The notes under the pieces were generated by a model. That model searched no databases, had not been told where the DNA came from, and saw only the letters and a list, made by a program, of their open reading frames with translations. The position numbers and the translations under genes were made by a program. DNA of 62,659 nucleotides, the filler included, from Choristocarpus tenellus KU-1152 (Eukaryota; Protista; Phaeophyceae): NCBI GenBank assembly GCA_964200185.2. It is 10 parts of 10 records of this genome, joined end to end, with 100 filler letters (N's around TTAATTAATTAA, not from the genome) between each part and the next. Parts side by side here need not be neighbours in the genome. Positions count along the whole stretch, not along the records: positions 1 to 2,548 come from CAXNAD020026870.1; positions 2,649 to 10,252 come from CAXNAD020005887.1; positions 10,353 to 13,731 come from CAXNAD020020431.1; 7 more parts are not named here. One strand, 5' to 3'. This document shows positions 1 to 10,541 of the stretch, piece after piece. The stretch's first letter is position 1. Each line of letters opens with the position of its first letter.

Positions 1-24
1 CCTCCCCCCCAGATACTTTGAGCC
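1..24 (+). mobile_element. MITE family B, right TIR only (window edge)
   Basis: CCCCCCCAGATACTTTGAGCC, the same end as the full copies at 5363-5538 and 53915-54094. Confidence 0.8.
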
Positions 25-299
25 TTCAACTCATTACATGCATACACCCCAAGGACCAGGTTGCTCCTACGCCCAGCCCTTCACTCCTCCTTCCATGGCA
101 GATATTGACGTCTATATTGTCCTTAGAGGGCAACCATTCCACCATTCCTTATAGGACCACCAGAATTTGTCCTCCCTATTGATGTTTTCCCCTTTCTGGT
201 GCTTACCTGTCGACTCAGTTAGACTTTTCCCCACAATTAATGTGGTTGCGCTTGAACTTCTTTTTTAGGGGGTGATTCACTGACCAATTCTCAGATTCC

Positions 300-666
300 A
301 TCTGATTAATTTTTTATTTAATATTTTATGCATATAAGCATCCTGTGAATCATCAATAACAATACACTGCTTTTGTTTTGCTTTAAAATAAGCTCTAATT
401 TATTTTTTTTACTTTTCAAAGTAAAACTATCTTGTTTATAAAATCTAGTAATGCTAGAGTCAACTCCCTTAATAAAATGCTCTAAACTGTCATTTAATAC
501 AACCAATTCAGCCATTGATCTTAATACATTTTTTTTAAAGATTTAATAAATAATTGATTTTTTCTTTAGCTGTGTTTTGTGTAATCAAATACTCCAATTC
601 TGGAAACTTCGTTGATAACATTTTTGATAACTCTTCTTGAAATGTAAGTACTTTGTTCAAATCAAG
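300..666 (-). other. AT-rich organelle-like coding fragment (candidate NUMT/NUPT)
   Basis: Abrupt drop in GC relative to the flanks. The minus strand reads LDLNKVLTFQEELSKMLSTKFPELEYLI..., then after a frameshift MAELVVLNDSLEHFIKG..., with TTA/AAA-rich codons. Confidence 0.35.
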
Positions 667-699
667 CCAAAAATGCCAAGGGTCCCTTCCCTAACCATA

Positions 700-2548
700 A
701 TTAGTTGGTCCCTGATACACTCCTGCTCAAAGTTTTCTTCAAGTGCAAGTTAGTGCTTCACTACCAGTCCAGCAACATTTTTTTTCTCTCTATCATTTCC
801 CACACTGAAGATTACCATGTACTTTCAGCAGGTGCAAGGGAGGACCTTTGTCCAGATCGCCTATTTTCTATATATATTACATGGTGAGCTCCAAAGCCCT
901 ACAGCGGGTCCAGTCTATCTTTGGACCCCAAGCTATCTGGATGACACATCCATTTCCATAAGGGAGATCAACCTTAACACCATTGTTGCTTTCGAGTAGC
1001 TAAAAACTGATCTTCATGAGGAAGGTATTTCCTTAAACATGGACAAGACCTTTGCTGCACCTCCCCAGGGCCACCGATCCATACCCTCAGAACTGGAACT
1101 TCTAGCCATAGTGGAAGCAACCTGGCCCCGAACCCAAATGTTTTTGTTATATTGGGGGCTCCAGTGGGAACAGATGGATTAATCCAAACCCACATGGCTG
1201 AGGTGATTGAGAGCTCTGTGTCACGAACAATGGCCACGCACCTCATTGAGATAAAGGACAAACAAGTGGCCTGACTCCTCAACTCCTGGTCCCTCTCCTC
1301 CCGTGTAGGCTATTTGACAAGGGTCATCCCCCCCCACCTGGCACTCTCCACCATGGAGCAAGCAGACAATACCTCAACTTGGATGCTAGAGAAGATAATG
1401 GAGGTAGCAGATTCGGCGGGAGTCACTGACTTCTTTGAAGGGGTGTGTGACAATGGGTTTCTCCACCTGGAGACATTCATACCAACAAGTATGAGTGAAA
1501 GTATCTTAGAGGGTAAGAGTTTTTCTTTGTTTGTCCATTTGGGGGTTGGCTTCCCAACGAGTTTTTAAAGGCATTTTACCTACTCCAAAATGCTTCGGAG
1601 TATGTAAAATGTATACGATACAAAAAGGTGTGTCTGGAACAAGGATATTGACATCTCCTAATAAAACGATAGACAAAATTATATCAAAAGTGCAACATTG
1701 GATTTTGGTCCCCATATGGACGCGGCTCTACCCTCTAGGATACTTTGACTCAACAGGAGCGCCTGGCCGAACACCTGGAGGAATCAAGAGAAGCAGAGGA
1801 ATAGGTTCATGAACACCAATCAGCGGAGGATATGGACTCCTCATCAAACCATGATTCCGATTCGTCCAGTCACTCGTCCACATCGTCTAACAACACAACA
1901 AATGCCGATCGTAAACGAGGTTTCTCCCCATCTCCCCTCACAGAGATCGTCATGGTTGTGCAGGAAACCGTGTCATCGACCTTGAGCACCGTGTCAGCTT
2001 GGGCGATCGTGACACTTGCCGTGTCCTCTTCCAATACAGTCCTGAACCTTCCCCAAGTTCAACTACTCGTGATGTTGCCACTTCGCAGGCTCAGTTCGGG
2101 TATGCTATCCCTACGTTCATTGGGAACCGCGTCAACAAATGTGCGAAAACAAATGCCATGCCAACTGAATGGCCTTAGGATCTCTTGAATCTCCAGACTC
2201 GTGGACACTTTAACATCAGGTCGAACATATAGTGTTCCCAATTGGTCAATCCTCACGCCGATCCGTCAACTTCCACAGGGTACTGCGCAAGGGGATAGGC
2301 ATCCCTTGCACTACGGAGGATGGTAGCCCTTTCACAGTGGACAGGAATCTCCGCATGGATCTGGTGTTCCACGCAGGGGCACTAGCGGATGCCGGAACTG
2401 CTCCCTACAGGGACAAACGTCTTCTGCTGGACGTCACCTTCGCAGAGGTACAGGTAACCTCTCACCTCACCAACTCAATCCACCAGCAATGGTATAGCTG
2501 CTGCTGCAGCTGAGGCGCGAAAGCGCACCCACTACGAGGGCTCCTTTG
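700..2548 (+). mobile_element. Decayed CRE-like non-LTR retrotransposon (RT + restriction-like endonuclease)
   Basis: Frameshifted RT motifs YLDD, GISLNMDKT, VILGAPVG, GYLTRVIPP. The RLE segment RMDLVF...LLLDVTF (2232-2513) is homologous to 53058-53294(-). Interrupted by MITE A at 1493. Confidence 0.75.
1493..1751 (+). mobile_element. MITE family A, full length (259 bp)
   Basis: TIRs GAGTGAAAGTATCTTAGAGGGTA...TACCCTCTAGGATACTTTGACTC, an internal hairpin at 1572-1611, and 8 related copies in the window. Confidence 0.9.
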
Positions 2549-2648
2549 NNNNNNNNNNNNNNNNNNNNNNNNNNNNNNNNNNNNNNNNNNNNTTAATTAA
2601 TTAANNNNNNNNNNNNNNNNNNNNNNNNNNNNNNNNNNNNNNNNNNNN

Positions 2649-2730
2649 ACTGTAACTGCACTTTTCCTGATTTTGGTCCTAATGGACACCCTAGTGTAGC
2701 CCCCCCCCCCCCTCCCAGATACTTTGGGTC
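2649..2730 (+). mobile_element. MITE family B, 3' half (cut by gap)
   Basis: AATGGACACCCTAGTGTAG-polyC-AGATACTTTGGGTC. Confidence 0.85.
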
Positions 2731-3098
2731 AGTGGCGAAGGGGTCACACTGGTTGGTCACAAGTGGTGGTACAATGGGGAGGAGGGGAGTGGGTGGAATG
2801 CAAACATAGAATAAAATAATAATAATAATAATAATAATCCAGAATTCGTGAGGAAAACAAAATAGACATATTGTGTATATAATTTATAATTCTGCTTGAA
2901 ACTATTTGGATGAATCGAACAGACTACGTATTTGGATTAGGTTTAGGGTTAGGTTGAGACACCTCTCTACACCAGCCTTTTCGTCAATTTTGTTGGAGAA
3001 GGATGTCCTCCCCCATCTTCCACACAACCTCTTTGATGATGCTTGACGAGCTTGATCGAAATAGTAAACATACCCAACCTACAATCTCATACGACATG

Positions 3099-3643
3099 TG
3101 TCATGGGCGTTGGGAGAAAATGTCAGTTTCATAAAAGCCAATGTGACCTGGAAGTCCTAGATGATGACATATATTGTACCTCTTGACTGAGTGTAAGTAT
3201 ATTAGAGGGTACGAGTTTTGCCCTGTTTATCCGTTTGAGGCTTGGTTCCCACGGGTTTTTGATGACATTTTACCTACTCCGAAATATATCTACGTTATGA
3301 AACGGTGTGTCCGGAAAAGGATATTGACACTTCCTAATAAAGAAGATAGCTCAAATTACATCAAATCCTAACATTGGATTTTGGCCCTCCACATGGACGC
3401 GGCCCTACCCTCTAAGATACTTTGACTCACTATACTTTATTTATTCATGGCATAAATTCGCTTTAGCCTTCATGACAGTCCTCTATATATACCCCAATAC
3501 CAACAATAAACTGAATAATCAAAGTGAGAGATCTAACATATTCGACAATATACACCTCTACGAGCCTGATCATTCACCTACAGAAGGCTTGTGGACTGGA
3601 GGTATATACCCCATCATGGTAAGCTTTGGAGAGTTTTGTAACA
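3099..3643 (+). mobile_element. Solo-LTR-like repeat (TG...CA) carrying a MITE A insertion
   Basis: Both ends match 22090-22393 (TGACC..GAAGTCCTAGAT; GGCTTGTGGACTGGAGGTATA...GGTAAGCT..GGAG...TGTAACA). An inverted partial copy lies at about 3783-3870. Confidence 0.5.
3189..3428 (+). mobile_element. MITE family A (240 bp, small internal deletion)
   Basis: TIRs as above; perfect 3-bp TSD ACT/ACT. Confidence 0.9.
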
Positions 3644-5362
3644 CGTATAGAAGGGAAACCTACTTACTCTGTCTAACAAGGGGACAACACAATGACCTTC
3701 CACAATGCCCAGATTCACAATTGAAATATATGCACCATGTGCATATGTTGTTACAACGCCCGAAGTCTCAGTAGGATGTCCATATTACAGCACGCTCCAG
3801 AAGCTTACCTGCAGGATAGCACAGGATGAATAGCTCCAATCCACAGGCCTATAGATGACGCTGATGCTCGTTCAAGCCTCCCAGGATACACCGAGAGTCA
3901 AAGGGTCAAATGCAGGTTAATGAACGTCAGGTCAGCAGAACAGGGGTACGTTTCTCAATCAATATCAGTATCAAAGTATGGTCAAAATGCTTGCATCAAG
4001 CCATCTGCCTGGTGGAGATTGTCCAAAACAACACAACACATGCTACCACTGAGATGGATGTCAGTGCCGACTTGTCTGGAACGTAGGCGAGACAGTATAC
4101 TGGGCAGGCAGACCTTTCTAAATAAAACACCTCAGAATGTAGATGGATACCCAAATGTGCTCTCACCTTAGACACAAACACACAACATTGAGTGTTAAAG
4201 GGCATACGATACATACACGAATACTCTTCTTCGAAATTTCTTTGAGTGATGCATCTCCTACAATAGCCATACAGGTTAATGTATGGATAGAAGGGATAGG
4301 TACAGGAGAGTTACCAAGTATTGTAGAGTGATTATTCCCAAGCAGAGGGGGCGACAACACCCTCCCTAGCTCAAACAACTCTGAGCAGTTACTAGACATA
4401 CCTAGGCACTGGACTCACTGAACAAGAAAATCGAAACAAACACGAATAGTTCAAAATCCAACGAAAAACCAAACAAACCACTAAACATAGTCTAAATTCA
4501 GTAATGCCCCTGCATGCCCCCAGAAAGATTCCTCTGCTAGAGGATTGGTCAGCACATCTGCATGCTGCTCATCTGTGTTAACATGAATGATCTGTATTTG
4601 CTCATTTTGTGACCAAGTCCTTCAGGAAATGGTGTTGAACATTTTTGTGCTTGGTCCTGCCAGAACTCAAAGGGTTGTTTCCCATATGGATGGCCTCTGT
4701 GTTGTCCTCATACACCACATAACGAGATCCAGAGATATCGGGTTGAAGAAATTGCAGCACACCCCTCAAAACCAATAACTCCTTCACACCGTCCCATATG
4801 ACTATGTACTCAGCCTCTGATGTGGACTGTGCAATGATACGCTGGATCTTAGAAAGCCAGGCCACTGCTCCCTCCCCCACACATCGCTGCCCCCTCTGAT
4901 ACAGAACGTCTGTCTAAAGTCTCATTAGCGACATCTGCATCAGCATAGGCCACTAGTGTCAGACCTTCTCCTTTCTTGTAGGTTAAGCCCAACTCCCGCG
5001 TTTCTTTCGGGTATTTGAGGATCTGGGTCACAGCTCTCCAGTGGATGCGACTTGGAGCATGTGAGTGACGGGCTACAGCTCTCACTGCATTAGCCGCATC
5101 TGGTCTGGTCATGTTACTGACCAACATCAACCCCCTAATTGCCTAACGAGAAGGGCAAATCCTCTGACAGGGTATCTACCTCCCTGATTCACAGCTTTCT
5201 GGAAGGGGCAGCAGGGATGGGACCTGTTTGATTGGGTGGAGAAACGCTCACACAAAGTGTCAATGTAGTTAGTCTGGGTAATTGAGAAGGTACCACGCTT
5301 CCAATCTATTGTGTAGGTGCAACCAGAAGGCTCAGACAACTAATCAAGGCTTTGGTGGGGAA

Positions 5363-5538
5363 GGCCCAACGTATCTGAGAGGGGGTGGCGGCTGTCCATC
5401 CGGAGCCTATTTTTCCATGTCGCGATTTTTGGGTGAATTTGGTTTCATGCGTCGGATGGATAATGTATGTGCACATTTCCTGGTCAGGGCCCGAATGGAC
5501 ACCCTGGTGTAGACCCCCCCCTCCAGATACTTTGAGCC
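5363..5538 (+). mobile_element. MITE family B, full length (176 bp)
   Basis: TIRs GGCCCAACGTATCTG../..CAGATACTTTGAGCC, flanked by GGAA/GGAA; sits in the Copia RT at EEF|PTK. Confidence 0.9.
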
Positions 5539-6859
5539 GGAACTCTTCATTCAGGGAGGCAAGAAGATCATTGCAATCATCACCAGACGCCAAAATCACC
5601 ATGTCATCCACATGAACTGCAAGGATTATCTTGACAACACGATCCCCCCCGAGTCTAAATATACACGGGTCAATCAGACACTGCTCAAAACCATTACGCT
5701 TAAGGGTAGAAACCAGCCTAGCATTCCAAGTCCTAGAGGCTTGCTTTAAACCATACAGGGACCTGTGAAGGCGTGCAGTCGTATAGGAGAGATCTCCACA
5801 TCCCTGTCGGAGGCACATGTACACTTCCTCATCCAGGTCAGAATAAACAAAGACCTGCTCAACATTTAGGTGCCGCATCCTCAGGTCCATATCACAGCCC
5901 ATACTGGCTATTCGCCTAACCGGTGGGGCGGAAGGTGTGGGGGCAAAGGTTTCAATGTAATCAACGCCATACTCCTGACCAAACCCTTGAGCACATAGCC
6001 TAGCCTTAGCCCCACTGACATTCCCAAAACGTCACCCTTCCAAAACCCACTTGGAATCAATAGCCTTCCACCCCGAAGGTACATCTGCAACACTGAAGGT
6101 ACCTGTATTGAGTAAACCATCCAACTCCTTAGACATAGCCTCTTCTTCCCATACTGGCCAGTGTTCAGACTTTCGAGTCTCAGCATAAGACTGTGGGACT
6201 GGTCCCAACTCAGAAGCAAGACGATCATGAAGGGAGATAAACATCAACACAGACTCTGGCGTGGGCTGCACAGCTAGGGCATAAACAACATGTTTCCTCT
6301 CTACACTAGCAACGAGAAACATCACATCACCAACAACTGCTCTCCCTTCAACTCTGCCACGCGTTTCCTGTCTAGTCCTACCCAACTCAACACAAGGTTC
6401 ATGGACTGGATGGGGAAGAAAGTCTTCCAGCTGACGAGCCGCAGTATGGGCAGCCGTTGGGTCAGCACCTTCCTGAGAGGCAAGTGCTGTGAACTCAAGG
6501 ATGAGACATATCCTACACTCCCTTCACCATCTCGGGTAATGTCTCTGGACAGACTCATGTCAACCTGACCTCCCTCCCAATCACCAGGGAAAGGGTCGAC
6601 AGACAGATCCTTGACAATCTGATCTACACTCTCTTCACCGAGGGGAGGATCACTAGTCAGACTGTCTCTCCTTTGTTGCCAAAGGATGGCCTCTCACCTA
6701 GCACCAACCTGTCCTCACTTCCGTCGCTACAGGAAGAGTCATCAGAGAGGGATGAAGTGGAGGAGCGAGATGAACAAAGAGACTGTGCATCTAATGGTGA
6801 GTCACCTGCTTCAGGATTGGAAAACCTGTCCTCAGAAACGAGGGTCTGCATCAAGCCTC

Positions 6860-7117
6860 AAGTCAATGTATCTTAGAGGGTAGCGCCGCATCCGTTTGGG
6901 GACCAAAATCCAATGTTGCAATTTTGATGTAATTTTGGCTATTGTGTTTGTTAGGAGGTGCCAATATCCTTGTTCCGGACACACCTTTTCATGACGTGTA
7001 CATTTTACCTACTTGGAAACATTTCGGAGTAGGAAAATTTCATAAGAAACCCGTGGGAAGCCAAGCTCCAAATGGAAAAATAGGGGAAAACTCTTACCAT
7101 CTAAGATGCCTTCACCC
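6860..7117 (-). mobile_element. MITE family A, reverse orientation
   Basis: Reverse complement of the 1493 copy, with diverged TIRs. Confidence 0.85.
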
Positions 7118-7208
7118 CCCCCCCCTCCTTTCGCAGAGCGGGGGCAACCTCTCCTACTGGGGCGAGATTGGGATCATTAGTGGACAACCAGGTCAGGTTA
7201 CGCGTAGT

Positions 7209-7382
7209 GGCTCGAAGTAACTGAAGGGGGGGGTCTACACTAGGGTGTCCATTCGGGCCCTGACCAGGAAATGTGCACTTACATTATCCATCCAACGCAT
7301 GCAATCAAATCACCCAAAAATCACGACAATAAAAAAAGGACCCCGAATGGACAGCCACCACCCCCCCCAGATACTTCGAGCC
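7209..7382 (-). mobile_element. MITE family B, reverse orientation
   Basis: TIRs GGCTCGAAGTA../..ATACTTCGAGCC with TSD AGT/AGT; excision restores Copia TGAIVTTRNLTW. Confidence 0.9.
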
Positions 7383-8043
7383 AGTAACAATGGCACCGGT
7401 CAGAGTAAGAAATCGGTACGCACCACGAGGATGATTGATCCCTGGCCCCAGGCAAAAACATCGTCAAGCCTTTGGGAAAGTCTTACGGGTCTTACTGAGA
7501 CAGCAAAAACCAGGTTGAAGAAATTGGTAGGTCATCACGGGTACAGGGGTGCCATACCACATTTCATACGGTGATTTACAACCAGGATTAGCCATGGTCA
7601 ATGTGCGATTTCGAGTCACAGACACAGTGTTGAGCTTCAGCCCAGAGAGAGTCTGTCTTAGGGATAGTGGCATGGGGGGAAAAGTAGTGGAGCTTGAAGG
7701 TGGGCAGCTAACGAGGCTTCATCAATGATACCTGGCATGCGTTCAGCAACCACATTAAATTGAGGGCTGTCTCCAGGTGTGAACTCTTGTTTAATCCCGA
7801 GTTCACGGCAAAGAGCACCGAAAGCTCCTTCATAAAACTCCCCCTTCCATTATCAGATCGCACACACATGACCCAAGAGGGAGTACCATCAGCCCGGATA
7901 TCGCCCAGGTACTTCTTGAAGGCTTGAGCAGCATCTGACTTAGCACGAAGGAAATACGACCAACAAAACGAGAATAGTCGTCCCGAATTGTCATGGCGTA
8001 ACGTTTATAGCCAATTGAAAGGGTAACCCTCTTGCCGCTTGGA

Positions 8044-8302
8044 GAGTCAAAGTATATTAGGGGGTAGAGCGGCATCCATTTGGGGGCCACAACCCAATGT
8101 TGTGATTTTGATGTAATTTTGGCTACCGTATTTGTTAGAAAGTGTCAGCATCCCTGTTCCCGACACACCTTTTAATACCATATACATTTGACCTACTCCG
8201 AAACATTTTGGAGTGAAAAAATGTCATAAAACAATCCACGGAAAGCCAAGCCCCGAATGAACAAACATGACAAAACTCGTACCCTCTAAGATACTTCCAC
8301 TC
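8044..8302 (-). mobile_element. MITE family A, reverse orientation
   Basis: TIRs with TSD GGA/AGA; removing the element plus 3 bp restores integrase VDLSGKRVTLSIGYKRY in frame. Confidence 0.92.
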
Positions 8303-8539
8303 AGATCGACAAAAACCCGCCCCGGTTTTCTCACCGCCTGTGAAGACGTAAGACATAATGGATGGGGGATCCCCTTCCGTATGTCCTTACTCATTGAGCA
8401 GCGAGCACACAACATCACCAAGCTTAATGAAAACAATTCCTTATCTATCCGTTCGTATACAACAACAAATATGGATTAACCAACTAATAATTCTTGTATT
8501 CTGACTCTGCATGTATACTACTAGTGATATCCGTTACAG

Positions 8540-9161
8540 TTGGAGGAGTCTAGTCAAACAGCCAATTCGATACTAGAGGGCATGAAAGACCAGCCGCTCG
8601 AGGAATCCTTGCACCAATCGGACAATGAAAGCTCGGGTGACAAGGATGACGATGAGTTTATGGGAGGAGGCAGCGCATCGGGGGCCGCGAGGAAAGGAGC
8701 AGCCTCTTCAGTATTATCGATTCCTCCACCGCCTCACTACTCTCAAGTAGCTGACGACTTTGCAAGCTTAGAAACAACCGCCGAAGAGTGTAGCATGAAC
8801 AATGTTTCTTGGCTCTGCGAAATCAGGGCAAGGCCAATCAAACAAGCGGACATTCGCGATTCTATTAGCGAATAAGTTGTTTTACTCAGTGCGGGCAGGG
8901 GGGGTGCATGATCGCCCAGCTGCATTTGATCTGCGGTGGCATTATTGATACTGTAGTGTACAATAAATATCCTTGTAGAGAGTGCAATTGAGTACGTAGG
9001 GAAGGGTATTGGAGGGAGATTGACTTTGAACGTGATTTGATTTGAACCGTGAGTTGCCTATCCAGCCATCAACGGCTTGCGGATGCTTTTGTTGGGAAGG
9101 TGTACTATACATATCTGCAAATACACCATAATGAGTGTAATTTACCAAAGTTGCAGTACTG
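8540..9161 (+). mobile_element. Possible 3' remnant of a pogo/Tigger-like (Tc1/mariner) transposon
   Basis: The acidic ORF tail ends KQADIRDS, resembling the PIP-box-like C-termini of pogo transposases; candidate terminus ...ACTG|TA at 9161. Confidence 0.35.
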
Positions 9162-9238
9162 TATACATATGACACTGGTATACTGTGCAGGGGTGGTGTA
9201 AATGTGGTGCGTACTGCACCACCACAGCTTCATCGAAA

Positions 9239-9476
9239 TGAGCTTGCTAAGGGCAACGTTCAATAAATATTTTCACGTAATTACTCTTGAAGGCACATGG
9301 GAAGAACATACAGCAAGGGCATCACTTTGTTGTCGTTCAGGGACAAGTATAAAGTGAGCTTGCTGAGGGCAATGTTCAATAAATATTTTCACGTAATTAC
9401 TCTTGAAGGCACATGGGAAGCACATACAGCAAGGGCATCACTTTGTTGTCGTTCGTTCAGGGAGAAGTATAAAGTG
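9239..9476. repeat. Tandem duplication, ~116-bp unit x2
   Basis: TGAGCTTGCT.AGGGCAA.GTTCAATAAATATTTTCACG at 9239 and 9355. Confidence 0.9.
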
Positions 9477-9546
9477 CCTACAAGCACTTTTACTGGATAC
9501 AATATCATTCGATTTAAGAGAAAAGCGCTCTTATATCTAACTAGAG

Positions 9547-9862
9547 AGGATGAGGATATAAGAGATATGATAGAAAAATGTCTTTCAAATGTACGATAAC
9601 TGTTACTTTTGTTCGGACATTTGAATGGTTGTCATTGCTCTTTCCCCTGACACATGTGTAAAATCTCAGAGGACACAATAATAAATATACGAGAGGTTTT
9701 CTCTGCTTTCTCCTAAGGATCAGGATATAGGAGATATGATAGAAAAATGTCTTTCACATTTGCGATAACTGTTACATTTTTTAGGGTTTGTTCGGACACG
9801 TGAATTTGTTCCATTGCTTTTTCTCCTGAGACATCTGTAACATGTCAAAGGACACAATAATA
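9547..9862. repeat. Diverged tandem duplication, ~170-bp unit x2
   Basis: GGAT.AGGATATA.GAGATATGATAGAAAAATGTCTTTCA at 9547 and 9717. Confidence 0.85.
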
Positions 9863-9910
9863 TAAGAAAATGGAGAGTTACCTCTTCTTATCGCTCGCTT
9901 TCCTCATATA

Positions 9911-10026
9911 ACAGCCGTATTGTTTGACATTACAAAAATATATATATCGTCACTTTATCCCGGTCAATTTTGGGTCAAGCCCATCCTCAATGAAAAGCTC
10001 CGTCATCAACTTTCGAAATCGGCTGT
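9911..10026 (+). mobile_element. MITE family D (~116 bp, TA TSD, Tc1/mariner-type)
   Basis: TA|ACAGCCG...CGGCTGT|TA; the core TTTTGGGTCAAGCCCATCCTCAATGAAAAGCTC recurs at 24663-24737 and 30740-30853(-). Confidence 0.75.
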
Positions 10027-10410
10027 TATATCGTTCACACAGTTTACAATGGAATCGATAATTATCAGGCTTGTATGCGCCAGCCGAGAATCGAAACCAT
10101 TCCACTTGAATGACAATCACGTATCCTACCACTGAACTACTGGCGCTCTAACATACAATGACCATAATGCCTACAACCTCTATACACATTATTCTATTGA
10201 TATCTTCACCTTTTCCCCAATTTTGGTGATAGAAGTGAAGGATTGACCTTAGNNNNNNNNNNNNNNNNNNNNNNNNNNNNNNNNNNNNNNNNNNNNTTAA
10301 TTAATTAANNNNNNNNNNNNNNNNNNNNNNNNNNNNNNNNNNNNNNNNNNNNGTCTCTACATTTCCCCAGCGCCAGAATCGGGCCGAAAGTGACTGGCGG
10401 TAAACCTTAC

Positions 10411-10541
10411 CCACGTGTTTGTCTGCAGTGTTTGCGTAGGAGCCAAAGGTCTCTTCCGTGCCGCCGTACCGCTCCGTCCTGTAGACGCTTGAAGGATACA
10501 TCCTTGGACTGACGTATGCAAGGGCACCCCAGTACATGCGC
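10411..10541 (-). CDS. Putative isolated internal exon, product unknown
   Basis: GC/CpG-rich island bounded by a CAG acceptor and a G|GTAAGG donor. One frame reads RMYWGALAYVSPRMYPSSVYRTERYGGTEETFGSY, but all three frames are open. Confidence 0.3.

Larger units (their letters stand above)
4490..8420 (-). mobile_element. Decayed Ty1/Copia LTR retrotransposon pol (integrase-RT-RNaseH)
   Basis: INT RVFVDLSG...RDDYSRF and KSPYEMWYG; RT LHRSLYGLKQASRTWN and AVHVDDM; RNaseH YADAD...RRSVS, AQSTSEAEY, YEDN, RTKH. The INT-RT-RH order indicates Copia. A purine tract AGGGAGGG followed by TGTTG at about 4355-4367(-) may mark the PPT/3' LTR. Four MITEs are inserted. Confidence 0.92.

Noticed and set aside
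1531-1812. Recurring short ORFs such as SILEGTSF..FVHLGL and KVSGGGG
   Set aside because: Chance translations of MITE A and B; stops and frames differ between copies
2549-2648. N44-TTAATTAATTAA-N44 motif repeated nine times (2549, 10253, 13732, 20592, 24563, 27882, 33671, 48922, 59218)
   Set aside because: Artificial contig linker with stops in all six frames; not biological
2936-2955. TTAGGG-like runs (also ~19789, ~20443, ~42192) and (CCCTA)n at ~59786
   Set aside because: Only 2-5 imperfect units; no telomere or target-site evidence
9239-9862. Possible CRISPR-like or regularly spaced array
   Set aside because: Simple two-copy duplications without repeat-spacer structure, in a eukaryotic context
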